DNA from: an uncultured Atribacterota bacterium
Lineage (GTDB): Bacteria; Atribacterota; Phoenicimicrobiia; Phoenicimicrobiales; Stramentimicrobiaceae
Assembly: GCA_964636625.1 (NCBI GenBank)
Contig: CAZWUL010000002.1
Location: 1-55,108 of the forward strand
Direction: 5' to 3'
Length of the DNA stretch: 55,108 nt
A program made the position numbers and the translations under genes. The notes under the pieces were generated by a model. It was not told where the DNA came from and searched no databases. It was given only the letters and a program-made list of their open reading frames with translations. Positions 34,443 to 44,075 of this stretch are shown here, piece by piece. How positions within the stretch are numbered: the stretch's first letter is position 1; every line of letters begins with the position of its first letter.

Positions 34443-36317
34443 ATGATACCTTTTAAGCAAGAAAAAATAAAAATTGGATTAAACAAGGTAATAATTATTC
34501 TTTTATTAATAATATTAACAATATCTGCTGATATTTATGCCAGAGAAGAATTTATTCTATTAGATGAAATAGATTCAGGTATGGAAGGTATTGGTAAAAC
34601 TGTTTTCTCTGGAACAAATGTTGAAGAATTTACTGTTCAGGTAATTGATATAGTAACTGGCGGAGGAATTGATGATACATATATATTGATTAAATTAAGC
34701 GGTGAGAGAATAGAAGAAAACGGTGGAATATCTGCAGGAATGAGCGGTACCCCGATTTATTTTGAGGGGAGATTAGCCGGAGCCATTTCTCATGCCTGGG
34801 AATTGAGTGAACATAATCTATGCCTTGTTACGCCTATAGCAAGAATGACAAAATTATTAGATTATGTTAAACCTGAAAATATGGTTGATATTAATAAAGA
34901 TATCAATACAGATATTGAAGAAGTGTCTATTCTGCTGAATAATAGCTTAAAAGAAAAGGTTATTGAAGAAATTACAGAAAGCAAAAAAAATTTAAATGAT
35001 ATTTTTAGTTATAATAAATTTTATACACTAAAATTTGAATCAATTCAATCGCCTTTATTTATTAATGGTTTTAGCGGGAGAGCAGAAAGAAATATTGAGA
35101 GCATAATAAGCAAACAGTTTGAAAAGGAAATTATCAATGTTTCCAGCTTTCCAAAATATAACTCTATTCCAAGTATTAACCCGGAAGGAAAAGAAATTAT
35201 CCCCGGCTCATCAGTAGGCGTGCAGTTATCAGTTGGAGATACAAATGTTCTAACTATTGGAACAGCTACTTATTGTGAAGATGATTATGTTTTAGCTTTT
35301 GGTCATCCTTTTATGCATTTCGGTGATGTCTCCTATCTTTTTTCTGCAGTATATATATACCACAGTTTTCCCAGTATTTTAATGCCATTTAAGTTAGGTT
35401 TTCCCTATAGATTAGCAGGCATAGTGTTGCAAGACAGGGAAGCAGGTATTTTGGCCCATTTAAACCACTTTCCAAAAATAGTGTCTTGCAGGGTTAATGT
35501 TAGAGATATTGATAAGAATACTGATATTCAAAAAGGAACAAGAATTGTACCACACAACGACCTGGTAGAAAGCATTGTAAGTGCTTTAGTACTACAGTCC
35601 ATAGACCAGGCAATTGACAGGATTGGGCAGGGAACAGCAACTGTTCGCCTGGAACTTCTTGCCGGACAGGTTGACGATAAAATGGTATATGACAATATGT
35701 TCTTTAGTAAAAATGATATTGCCATACAATGTAGTGCTGATTTTGAAGAAATAATGGATTTAGTGATAAATAACTATGGTGAAAAGATTATATTGAATGA
35801 AATAAAAGTTGAAATTGATATAAAAGAAGAGAATAAAAGCGCCATTCTAACTGATGTTAGTATAAACGAAAAAGAGTATTTGCCAGGAGATATCATTGAA
35901 GTAGAACTAACAATTAAGCCATTTAGAAAACCCGAGGAAAGCAAATTTATTAAAATTGAATTACCTGAAAATATGGAAACAGGAGAGGTAATATTAATTA
36001 CCAGAGGAGGTTCTTCCAGGGATACAATTATCGAAAGGGCAATTTCTCATGAAAAAGAAAGATATCTATTAAATGGTTGGGAAGATATTAAAGAGAAATA
36101 CCAGAAAAAAGTTAAGAATAATCAAATTGTTACCGAGCTAATTCCAATAAACGAAATGGAAAGAATGTCATTAACAAATGGAGAAAAAAAAGAGGACTTT
36201 AGTGAAAATAATTTAAAGAAAATTATGGATACCAGCTTTGTTATTGAAGGGTACCATGAAATGTACCTGAGTATTAAAAATGAAAAAAACAAAGATAAGG
36301 ATAGGGCTCATGAGTAA
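34443..36317 (+). CDS. Secreted or anchored peptidase S55 (SpoIVB-like) domain protein without an obvious PDZ
   Basis: N-terminal TM/signal. GIGKTVFSG... and SAGMSGTPIYFEGRLAGAISHAW resemble the SpoIVB GMSGSPI...GAVTHV serine motif. Confidence 0.55.
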   Translation: MIPFKQEKIKIGLNKVIIILLLIILTISADIYAREEFILLDEIDSGMEGIGKTVFSGTNVEEFTVQVIDIVTGGGIDDTYILIKLSGERIEENGGISAGMSGTPIYFEGRLAGAISHAWELSEHNLCLVTPIARMTKLLDYVKPENMVDINKDINTDIEEVSILLNNSLKEKVIEEITESKKNLNDIFSYNKFYTLKFESIQSPLFINGFSGRAERNIESIISKQFEKEIINVSSFPKYNSIPSINPEGKEIIPGSSVGVQLSVGDTNVLTIGTATYCEDDYVLAFGHPFMHFGDVSYLFSAVYIYHSFPSILMPFKLGFPYRLAGIVLQDREAGILAHLNHFPKIVSCRVNVRDIDKNTDIQKGTRIVPHNDLVESIVSALVLQSIDQAIDRIGQGTATVRLELLAGQVDDKMVYDNMFFSKNDIAIQCSADFEEIMDLVINNYGEKIILNEIKVEIDIKEENKSAILTDVSINEKEYLPGDIIEVELTIKPFRKPEESKFIKIELPENMETGEVILITRGGSSRDTIIERAISHEKERYLLNGWEDIKEKYQKKVKNNQIVTELIPINEMERMSLTNGEKKEDFSENNLKKIMDTSFVIEGYHEMYLSIKNEKNKDKDRAHE

Positions 36318-37017
36318 TATAGCAATAATTGCTGCTGCTGGAAATGGAGAAAGATTTAATTATTATCATAGCAAAATGCTGGCAAAGATATTGGATAAAC
36401 CAGTCTTAGCCTATACATTGGACCAGTTTGAAAATTCAGAAGTAATAGATGAAATAGTATTGGTTGTTCACCCAAAAGATTTACAACATATCGAAGATGA
36501 AATTATAAAAAGATATGAGTATACCAAGATAGCTTCCATCGTATTAGGAGGATTAACCAGACAGGAATCAGTGTACTTTGGTTTAAAGTCAATTAAGAAT
36601 AAGGATGGAATTGCATGTATTCATGATGGTGCCAGACCATTGGTAGAAAAGTGGATGATTGAAGAGACTGTAGGAATGATTGACTCTTGTGATGGGGCAA
36701 TTATGGCTATTCCAGTAATTGAAACAATTAAAAAAGTGTTTTTGCAAGATTGCTTGGTCGAAAAAACTGTAAATCGTGATGAATACTGGATTGTGCAAAC
36801 TCCCCAGACCTTTAAGTTAAATTATATAAGAAAATTGTACCAGAAAGCACAAGAGGAAGGATTAAAAACTACCGATGATGCATCAATAGTTGAGCATTTT
36901 GGTGGAGATGTAAAAATCGTTAAGAGTAATAGAGAAAATATTAAGATTACTACTTCTGTCGATATGCTATTAGCAGAAATAATCATGAAAAAACGCTCTA
37001 AACAGAAAAATGATTAA
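36310..37017 (+). CDS. ispD: 2-C-methyl-D-erythritol 4-phosphate cytidylyltransferase
   Basis: MSNIAIIAAAGNGERF motif. I moved the start to the ATG at 36310 (ATGAGTAA overlaps the upstream stop) rather than the ORF-track 36280. Confidence 0.9.
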   Translation: MSNIAIIAAAGNGERFNYYHSKMLAKILDKPVLAYTLDQFENSEVIDEIVLVVHPKDLQHIEDEIIKRYEYTKIASIVLGGLTRQESVYFGLKSIKNKDGIACIHDGARPLVEKWMIEETVGMIDSCDGAIMAIPVIETIKKVFLQDCLVEKTVNRDEYWIVQTPQTFKLNYIRKLYQKAQEEGLKTTDDASIVEHFGGDVKIVKSNRENIKITTSVDMLLAEIIMKKRSKQKND

Positions 37018-37891
37018 ACTTAGAAGTTATGCAAAAATAAATCTTTACCTGGATATAGGGGACAAATTAAATAATGGCTACCATTGCATTGAGACCCTAT
37101 TTCAAACTATCAATTTATTTGATGAAATAACAATAGAAAAATTAAATGAACCGACATATAATATCTATTGCAACAATCCTAAGGTTCCTGATGATAAAAA
37201 CAGTTTAGTTTATAGGGCCATTGAGAGAATTATGGGTGATAATAAATATGGGTTAGCAGTTTGTATTGATAAAAAAATACCTCTTGCTGCAGGATTAGGT
37301 GGAGGTTCATCAAATGTAGCATCTATATTGCAGGGTATCTCAAAGTTATTTAAATTAAATATTAGTAAAAATAAATTGATGTCCATTGCAACTAGCTTAG
37401 GAATGGATATCCCATTTTTCCTGGAAAGAGGAACTGTATATGCCAGTGGAAGAGGAGAAATACTTTTTCCACTAAATTTGAAAGATGATATACCACTAAA
37501 TTTGGTCTTGGTAAATCCTGGTATTGAAATTTCTACAAAATGGGCATACCATACATTTGATGAAGAGAATAAAAATTATTTTAAAAAACAAGATTTGAAT
37601 ATTCTTAAACAGTTAAAACAAAATAATTTGATTTCTTTACCTGAAATAGGTAAATATATATATAATAGATTTGATTCTATAATAAGCAAACAATATCCGG
37701 TAATAGAAGAAATAAAGAAAAAATTAATTGAATCCGGGGCAATTTCCACCACAATTTCCGGGAGTGGCCCAACAGTATATGGGATTTTTGATAATAAAAC
37801 CGAAGCAATTGAAGGTTATAATAAATTGAAAAATAATTATCCTTTTGTTTGCAGAACAACAACTACAAAAGCAAAAAAAATATTTTTTTAA
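37010..37891 (+). CDS. ispE: 4-diphosphocytidyl-2-C-methyl-D-erythritol kinase
   Basis: AKINLYLDI N-terminus and the GHMP kinase motif PLAAGLGGGSSNVA. Overlaps the ispD end by 8 nt. Confidence 0.9.
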   Translation: MIKLRSYAKINLYLDIGDKLNNGYHCIETLFQTINLFDEITIEKLNEPTYNIYCNNPKVPDDKNSLVYRAIERIMGDNKYGLAVCIDKKIPLAAGLGGGSSNVASILQGISKLFKLNISKNKLMSIATSLGMDIPFFLERGTVYASGRGEILFPLNLKDDIPLNLVLVNPGIEISTKWAYHTFDEENKNYFKKQDLNILKQLKQNNLISLPEIGKYIYNRFDSIISKQYPVIEEIKKKLIESGAISTTISGSGPTVYGIFDNKTEAIEGYNKLKNNYPFVCRTTTTKAKKIFF

Positions 37892-37921
37892 GGTTTTTTA
37901 TATAAAAGGGAAGGTAGATAG

Positions 37922-38401
37922 ATGAAAATAGGTTTTGGCTATGACATACATCCACTGAAAAGCGGAGAGAATTTAATTTTAGGCGGAGAACAAATAACTT
38001 TTGAGAAAGGCCTGGAAGGTCATTCTGATGCAGATGTAATAGTGCATGCGCTAATGGATGCTTTGTTAGGTGCCTCCGGTCAGGGTGATATAGGAATATT
38101 ATTTCCGGACAATGACCCAAAATTTAAAGATATCTCAAGTCTGTATTTACTTAAGGAAGTAAAAGAATTGTTAGATTTTAAAAAATATGATATTTGTAAT
38201 ATAGACATTACAGTAGTTTTAGAAAAACCAAAGATTTCAAGGTATTATAGTGCAATTAAAAATAATATCGCTAATATCTTGCAATTACCTTTTGAAAACA
38301 TAAACATCAAATCCTCTACGAATGAAGGATTAGGAATTATTGGTAAAGAGCAGGCAATTGCAGTATTTTGTGTAGTTTTACTTGATAGTGTTAAAACCTG
38401 A
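37922..38401 (+). CDS. ispF: 2-C-methyl-D-erythritol 2,4-cyclodiphosphate synthase
   Basis: IGFGYDIH...GHSDADVIVHALMDALLGA is canonical IspF. Confidence 0.95.
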   Translation: MKIGFGYDIHPLKSGENLILGGEQITFEKGLEGHSDADVIVHALMDALLGASGQGDIGILFPDNDPKFKDISSLYLLKEVKELLDFKKYDICNIDITVVLEKPKISRYYSAIKNNIANILQLPFENINIKSSTNEGLGIIGKEQAIAVFCVVLLDSVKT

Positions 38402-38479
38402 AGGTTATTCATAAGATACAAAAACTGTAACATAAATGCATGTTGCAATATTGTAATTTCAAATATAAGGAGAGATAAA

Positions 38480-38800
38480 ATGAATCAAAAAGACCAGGAA
38501 AATAATAATGGTAATGAAAATCAAAAGCTATATCCGCATCAGTTGCCGCTGACAACCTTGTTTACCTGGTTTATAGGTATTTTAAATGGAAAGGCATGGG
38601 AATACCTGGGGTTGATGATGAATCCTGAAACAAAAGAGATAAACCAGGACTTACAAAAAGCAAAAATATCTATAGATAGCATAGAGTTTTTATTTGAAAA
38701 AATTAAGGACGAACTCGGGAAAGATGATAAATTGCAATTAGAAAACCTTTTGGCAAATTTGCAAATGAATTTTGTTGAAAAAAGTAAAGAGAACAAGTAA
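38480..38800 (+). CDS. DUF1844-like small protein
   Basis: 106 aa. The pattern LFTWFIGILNGKAWEYLGLMMNPETKEINQDLQKAKISIDSIEFLFEK matches my recollection of DUF1844. GGAGAG SD. Confidence 0.5.
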   Translation: MNQKDQENNNGNENQKLYPHQLPLTTLFTWFIGILNGKAWEYLGLMMNPETKEINQDLQKAKISIDSIEFLFEKIKDELGKDDKLQLENLLANLQMNFVEKSKENK

Positions 38801-38877
38801 AAAAAGAGAAGAAGGGAAATTAAAATATTATATATTGCCTTTTATTTAAAGACATATTAAGAAGAAGAGGTGCATTT

Positions 38878-39882
38878 ATGGCTAATCAGTCAAAATGGGA
38901 GAAAGTAAAATATAGCAAAGTTATATTGATTCTGTTTTTTTGTCTTATTTTTGTTTCAACTCCTACCAAAGCCCAGGATGCCAGGTCTTATTATGAAGAT
39001 GGATACCAATATTTTTCTCAGGGAGACTATAAAAAAGCCGAGGAAAGTTATCAGAGAGCCATTGAATTAGACCCTAATTTTGAAGACGCCCACTATTGGT
39101 TAGGAAAAGTATACCGACAATTAGGAGAGTATAATAAAGCTGTTCCTCAATGGATAGAAGTTTTAAAGCTTAACCCCAGAAACCCTTATGCATTCAGATA
39201 CCTTAATGAAAGCTTTCGGGGAACACCACAAGTACAGAGTGGTGATGCTAATGAATATCTTAAAAAAGGTATAGAAATATTAGAAATAACAGATGATGCA
39301 TTTCTAAATAGAAACCAATACAGCAATCTGACATTACTGCAGGTTGTGCCTTATTTTAAAAAGGCAATAGAATTAAAAGAAGATTTAATTGCTTCTCATT
39401 ATTGGCTGGCAGAGGTATATTATGCCTTATCGGAAAAAATAACCTGGCAGTACACATCTATGGCGATTAACAGTTTTGAGAGGGCAATACAAGTGCTGGA
39501 AGAAAATCCAGATCTATCTCAGAAACCATCTGAATATTGGTATTCATATCAGGAATTGATAACAATATTTCAATCATTGGGATTAAATGAAAGAAGAGAT
39601 AATTTATTAAAGAAAATTCAAGAGGTAAAAACAAAACCTTATCGGGAAATTTTGAATAAGGCAGGATATGAAAATTACGGCTATCCAGATAGGATTGAAA
39701 TTATTAGAACCAATGGAGAGGTGATTGAGCTTTGGGAGTATGTCCAGCAGGAGAAGACCTTTAGAGTTGTAGACAAAGAAATAGTGGGTGAAGAGATATA
39801 CTATAATCAACATCCACACGATACAAATCTTATTGAAGAATATATTGAAGAGGAAGTTGTGGATGATGAAGGGGAATTGTAA
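38878..39882 (+). CDS. Secreted TPR-repeat protein with acidic C-terminus
   Basis: Signal-like VILILFFCLIFVSTPTKAQD. TPR units (YKKAEESYQRAIELDPNFEDAHYWLGKVY...). Confidence 0.7.
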   Translation: MANQSKWEKVKYSKVILILFFCLIFVSTPTKAQDARSYYEDGYQYFSQGDYKKAEESYQRAIELDPNFEDAHYWLGKVYRQLGEYNKAVPQWIEVLKLNPRNPYAFRYLNESFRGTPQVQSGDANEYLKKGIEILEITDDAFLNRNQYSNLTLLQVVPYFKKAIELKEDLIASHYWLAEVYYALSEKITWQYTSMAINSFERAIQVLEENPDLSQKPSEYWYSYQELITIFQSLGLNERRDNLLKKIQEVKTKPYREILNKAGYENYGYPDRIEIIRTNGEVIELWEYVQQEKTFRVVDKEIVGEEIYYNQHPHDTNLIEEYIEEEVVDDEGEL

Positions 39883-40498
39883 AGAGAAAAAAGAAGACAA
39901 TAAAAATAATGAAAATGTACGAATCGGTATAATGGGCGGGGTTTTTGATCCCATTCATATAGGCCATCTTTTTACAGCTGAAGAAGCCAGGATAAATTTT
40001 TGCTTGGACAAAGTTATATTTGTGCCCTGTTTAAACCCAACACACAAAAGAAATGATCAGGTTACAGGTATAAGACATCGCTTAAAAATGTCTTATCTGG
40101 CGATTGAGAGCAATCCTTATTTCGAGGTTTCTAAAATCGAAGTAAACCGAGCTGGCCCTTCTTATACTATTGATACTATAAAAGAGTTTCGCAATATTTT
40201 TGGATGGGATGCCAAGATATTTTTTATAACTGGTGCTGATGCATTTTTAGAAATAGAAACATGGTACAAGAAGGAAGAGTTGTTAGCAATGTGTCAATTT
40301 GTGGCTGCAACAAGACCTGGTTATGATTTAAACAAATTGAATAATAATTTTAAAAAGGTTTTAAAAATAATGGAAATTCCACTATTAGCTATTTCATCAA
40401 CTGATATAAGAAACAGAATTAGAAATAATTTAAGCATAAAATATATTGTTGTAGATGGAGTACGAGAATATATATACAAAAATAAGCTATATTCATAA
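39863..40498 (+). CDS. nadD: Nicotinate-nucleotide adenylyltransferase
   Basis: GIMGGVFDPIHIGH motif. The start is placed at an in-frame ATG (39863/39866) near the upstream stop. The ORF-track start at 39788 overlaps the preceding gene. Confidence 0.85.
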   Translation: MMKGNCKEKKEDNKNNENVRIGIMGGVFDPIHIGHLFTAEEARINFCLDKVIFVPCLNPTHKRNDQVTGIRHRLKMSYLAIESNPYFEVSKIEVNRAGPSYTIDTIKEFRNIFGWDAKIFFITGADAFLEIETWYKKEELLAMCQFVAATRPGYDLNKLNNNFKKVLKIMEIPLLAISSTDIRNRIRNNLSIKYIVVDGVREYIYKNKLYS

Positions 40499-40532
40499 AA
40501 TATTATAGGTAGGGGAATAAAGCATTAATATT

Positions 40533-41114
40533 ATGTTTGCAGATTTACAATATATTGATTCTTATTTAAAGAAAAGCATTAGCAAGGAACGTTATCAACA
40601 TTCGTTACAAGTTAGTGTTGTGGCGGCAGAAATAGCAAGCCATTATAGGATATCTGCTGATAAAGCAAAATTATTGGGATTACTCCATGATTGTGCAAAA
40701 GATTTTTCAAAAGATGAGTTACAAAGATTAATAAAAAAATATAATATACGCTTGAACAAGCTTGAGAAAAATATTCCTGGGTTATGGCATGCTTATGTTG
40801 GAGCAGAAATAGCAAGAGATTATTTTAATATTCAAAATCAAGAGTTTCTGGAAGCCATAAAAAGCCATAGTACTGCTTCAAGAAAATTAAAATTATTAGG
40901 AAAAATACTATATGTTTCAGATAAAATAGAACCGGACAGAAAAGATGAAAAATTAAATCGGGTAAGAAAACTGGTTTGGCAAGATATTGATATGGCAATG
41001 TTAGAATTGCTCAACAGTGAATTAAAAAGCTTAATTTGTAGAAAAATAATTATACATCCAGAAACATTGCATACAAGGAACAAATTTTTAGAGGAAAAAG
41101 GTGTTGTTTTGTAG
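40533..41114 (+). CDS. yqeK: HD-domain bis(5'-nucleosyl)-tetraphosphatase YqeK
   Basis: RYQHSLQV...LLHDCAK HD motif. Conserved position after nadD. Confidence 0.8.
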   Translation: MFADLQYIDSYLKKSISKERYQHSLQVSVVAAEIASHYRISADKAKLLGLLHDCAKDFSKDELQRLIKKYNIRLNKLEKNIPGLWHAYVGAEIARDYFNIQNQEFLEAIKSHSTASRKLKLLGKILYVSDKIEPDRKDEKLNRVRKLVWQDIDMAMLELLNSELKSLICRKIIIHPETLHTRNKFLEEKGVVL

Positions 41115-42276
41115 GATGAGCAGATTGGAAAGAAAAAAATCAGTAACAAAAAAAAGTAAAAAGAAATATTTACAAATTGGGATTCTCATTTTACTATTAA
41201 TTGGTTGTTTTGGTTTTTTGTATTTATTCAATATATTTCCTTTTGGTTCAGATATATTAGCCCATGATAGGTTAAATATTCTAGCTGTTGGAACGGATAC
41301 TGTAGATAGTAAAGGCAGGGCAGACACTATATTTGTACTGAGTCTATCACCCAAAACTAAGGATACAATATTATTTTCAATTCCCAGAGATACAAGAGTG
41401 CTGATACCAGACAGAGGAATGGACAAAATTAACCATGCTTTCGCATACGGGGACATTGAATTGCTGGAAGAAACTATTGAAACTTTTATGGGTATACCCA
41501 TTCACTATTATGGTGTAATTGATTTTGATGGCTTTCAATACATTATTGATGCCATAGGTGGTGTTAATATTAATGTTGAAAAAGATATGTATTATGTAGA
41601 TAAAGCAGGTTCATTAAAGATTAATTTACACAGCGGAGAGCAAGTATTAGATGGACAAAAGGCATTGGACTATGTGAGATTCAGATTTGACCCTCTTGGC
41701 GATCTGGGAAGAATACAAAGACAACAAAAATTAATTAATGCAGTGATAGATAAAGTTATGAATTTTGATATAATGGTTAAATTGCCTAATATAGTATCAA
41801 GTCTTACTGAATATATAAAGACGAATATGAACCCCAACGAAATAATATCTCTGGCAAGAATATTAAAGGATATTGATAGGGAAAATATATGGGTTGAAAC
41901 AATACAAGGAGAACCACAATATATTGATAGGGTTAGTTATTTAATTGTTGAACAAGAGAAAGTTAAAACTCGTGTTCAATATTTAATTGAAAATAAACAA
42001 AGAGGTCTGAATGTAGAGGTGCTCAATGGCGCTAAAATTCCCGGCATCGCTCGTAGTGTAGCCAATAAAATGACTGAATTAGGATTTAATGTGGTAAATA
42101 TAGATAATGCCGACAGTTTTGATTATCAAAAAACAGTATTGATTATATATTCAAGAGAAGTAAAAATAGATGATTATGTTAGTCAATACCTGGGTGAAAT
42201 CGATATTATCAGAAAGGAACAGCCACAGAGCGAGGTAGATATGACTATAATAATAGGTAAGAATATGCTATACTAA
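41101..42276 (+). CDS. LytR-CpsA-Psr (LCP) family glycopolymer transferase with C-terminal LytR_C-like domain
   Basis: TM anchor. LNILAVGTD...RADTIFVLSL...INHAFAYG...LDYVRFR. The start may instead be the ATG at 41116. Confidence 0.85.
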   Translation: MLFCRMSRLERKKSVTKKSKKKYLQIGILILLLIGCFGFLYLFNIFPFGSDILAHDRLNILAVGTDTVDSKGRADTIFVLSLSPKTKDTILFSIPRDTRVLIPDRGMDKINHAFAYGDIELLEETIETFMGIPIHYYGVIDFDGFQYIIDAIGGVNINVEKDMYYVDKAGSLKINLHSGEQVLDGQKALDYVRFRFDPLGDLGRIQRQQKLINAVIDKVMNFDIMVKLPNIVSSLTEYIKTNMNPNEIISLARILKDIDRENIWVETIQGEPQYIDRVSYLIVEQEKVKTRVQYLIENKQRGLNVEVLNGAKIPGIARSVANKMTELGFNVVNIDNADSFDYQKTVLIIYSREVKIDDYVSQYLGEIDIIRKEQPQSEVDMTIIIGKNMLY

Positions 42277-42424
42277 ACCATTAAAAACATATGTTATAAG
42301 AGTTACCCTAATGTTCGAACAATACTAAATATTAAATAAAGAGCAAATGTAATAGATATATATTAATTGGTATAATATGTAGTTTATGTTTAAGTAACTA
42401 AAATATGATTAAGGAGCCATATGT

Positions 42425-42772
42425 TTGTTTAAAAATACTAAAGATTTAACCTTGTTCTTTGCCAGGTTATTGGATGAAAAAAAAGCAAAAGATACTGTTA
42501 TACTTGACATAAATAAAATTTCTTTTGTTGCTGATTATTTTATTATAACAACAGCACAATCTCCTGCTCATTTAAAAACTCTTTTAAAAAATATTCTTGA
42601 AAGAAGTGTAGATAAGGGGATTAAAAGAAATATAAGATGCGAAGGAAATCCACAAACTGGATGGGTTTTAATTGATTGTGGCGATGTGGTAATTCATATA
42701 TTCTCTGAAAATAAAAGGAACTATTATAATTTGGAGTATATTTGGCAGGAAGCGAAAAAAATATCTTTGTAG
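42425..42772 (+). CDS. rsfS: Ribosome silencing factor RsfS
   Basis: TTG start 8 nt after AAGGAG. LDEKKAKDTVILDI...DYFIITTA...GWVLIDCGDVVIHIF is canonical RsfS/IojAP. Confidence 0.85.
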   Translation: MFKNTKDLTLFFARLLDEKKAKDTVILDINKISFVADYFIITTAQSPAHLKTLLKNILERSVDKGIKRNIRCEGNPQTGWVLIDCGDVVIHIFSENKRNYYNLEYIWQEAKKISL

Positions 42773-42851
42773 TATTTGGTGTTAGATATTTACTATTTTT
42801 AAAATTATAGTAATAAAAATTAATGTTGAGATATTATGAAGGGGGTCACTT

Positions 42852-43253
42852 ATGAGTGCTGTTAATAAAAATACCGGTCAATGGCTTTTTGGTTTAATTA
42901 TTCTTATTATTGGTGTTATATTTTTGTTGGAAAACCTTTTTGGCTATGAAATATGGGAAAGTGTCTGGTTATTTTGGCCACTCATTTTCATATTATGGGG
43001 ACTGGTAGAAATATTCCAGAAAAAGTCCATTTTTTTTGGTGTAATATTGTTAGCCATCGGTGTAATATTTGTTGCAAAAAATTTCAATATATACTTAATA
43101 TCGGAATCAATATGGAGATTTTGGCCAGTTATAATTATTGCAATTGGAGTGGACCAAGTATTTAAAAAAAGCCAAGCAGGTCATTTTAAGGGAAATATAA
43201 AAAATAGAAAAAATAAAAAAGAAGTGATTGTGCAGGATGATGAAATTATTTAA
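42852..43253 (+). CDS. Small membrane protein with LiaF-N/DUF5668-like repeated TM motif
   Basis: Duplicated IWESVWLFWPLIFILWG / IWRFWPVIIIAIG motifs and a basic C-tail. Confidence 0.45.
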   Translation: MSAVNKNTGQWLFGLIILIIGVIFLLENLFGYEIWESVWLFWPLIFILWGLVEIFQKKSIFFGVILLAIGVIFVAKNFNIYLISESIWRFWPVIIIAIGVDQVFKKSQAGHFKGNIKNRKNKKEVIVQDDEII

Positions 43254-43294
43254 TTTATAAATCATTTTCAAAATATGGTAAATATGGTGATTGC

Positions 43295-43978
43295 ATGATT
43301 GGAACTATTGTAAATAGTTTGACTATTATTATAGGTTGTTTTATAGGTTTAATTCTGAAAGGGCGATTCCCTGATAGATTGCGGATTATACTTTTTCAGG
43401 GGATAGGATTGGCTACATTAATGATTGGAGCTCAAATGGCTATTCAGGGAACAAAAATTTTACCGATTATATTATCTCTAATAATTGGCGGAATAATCGG
43501 AGAGACTATAGATATCGAAAAAAAGCTTGATAAATTAGGTGATAAGATTAAAAGTTTATTTAATAATCAGGAAGGCAAAGAAAGATTTACAGAAGGTTTT
43601 ATTGCTGCCAGTCTGCTTTTTTGTGTTGGCTCTATGGCAGTTATGGGGGCAATTGAAGAAGGAATGAATGGGAACCCGGATATTTTATTAGCAAAATCAG
43701 CATTGGATGGAATATCATCCATAATCTTTGCTGCCTCATTTGGTATAGGGGTTATATTTTCTGCAATTCCGGTTTTTATTTATCAGGGCACTATTACACA
43801 AATTGCTCACTTAATTAAAAACTACATTACCGTTGATATGATTAATGAAATGACTGCCGTTGGAGGAGTATTAATTATTGGATTATCTTTAGGTATTTTA
43901 GAAATAAAAAAAATAAAAGTTGCCAATTTGCTCCCATCTTTATTAATTATACTTATGCTTACACCCCTAAAAATATGA
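43295..43978 (+). CDS. DUF554-family membrane protein
   Basis: MIGTIVNSLTIIIGCFIGLILKGRFPDRL N-terminus, as I recall for YdfK/YqgA-type DUF554 proteins. 227 aa, polytopic. Confidence 0.65.
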   Translation: MIGTIVNSLTIIIGCFIGLILKGRFPDRLRIILFQGIGLATLMIGAQMAIQGTKILPIILSLIIGGIIGETIDIEKKLDKLGDKIKSLFNNQEGKERFTEGFIAASLLFCVGSMAVMGAIEEGMNGNPDILLAKSALDGISSIIFAASFGIGVIFSAIPVFIYQGTITQIAHLIKNYITVDMINEMTAVGGVLIIGLSLGILEIKKIKVANLLPSLLIILMLTPLKI

Positions 43979-44075
43979 AAGAATAAAGAAATTTATATGA
44001 TTAACCGTTATTCTATGAATTTTATAAAGAGTTTTATAAATAATTATTTTGCAGTATGTATGAAGGAGAATCCGT

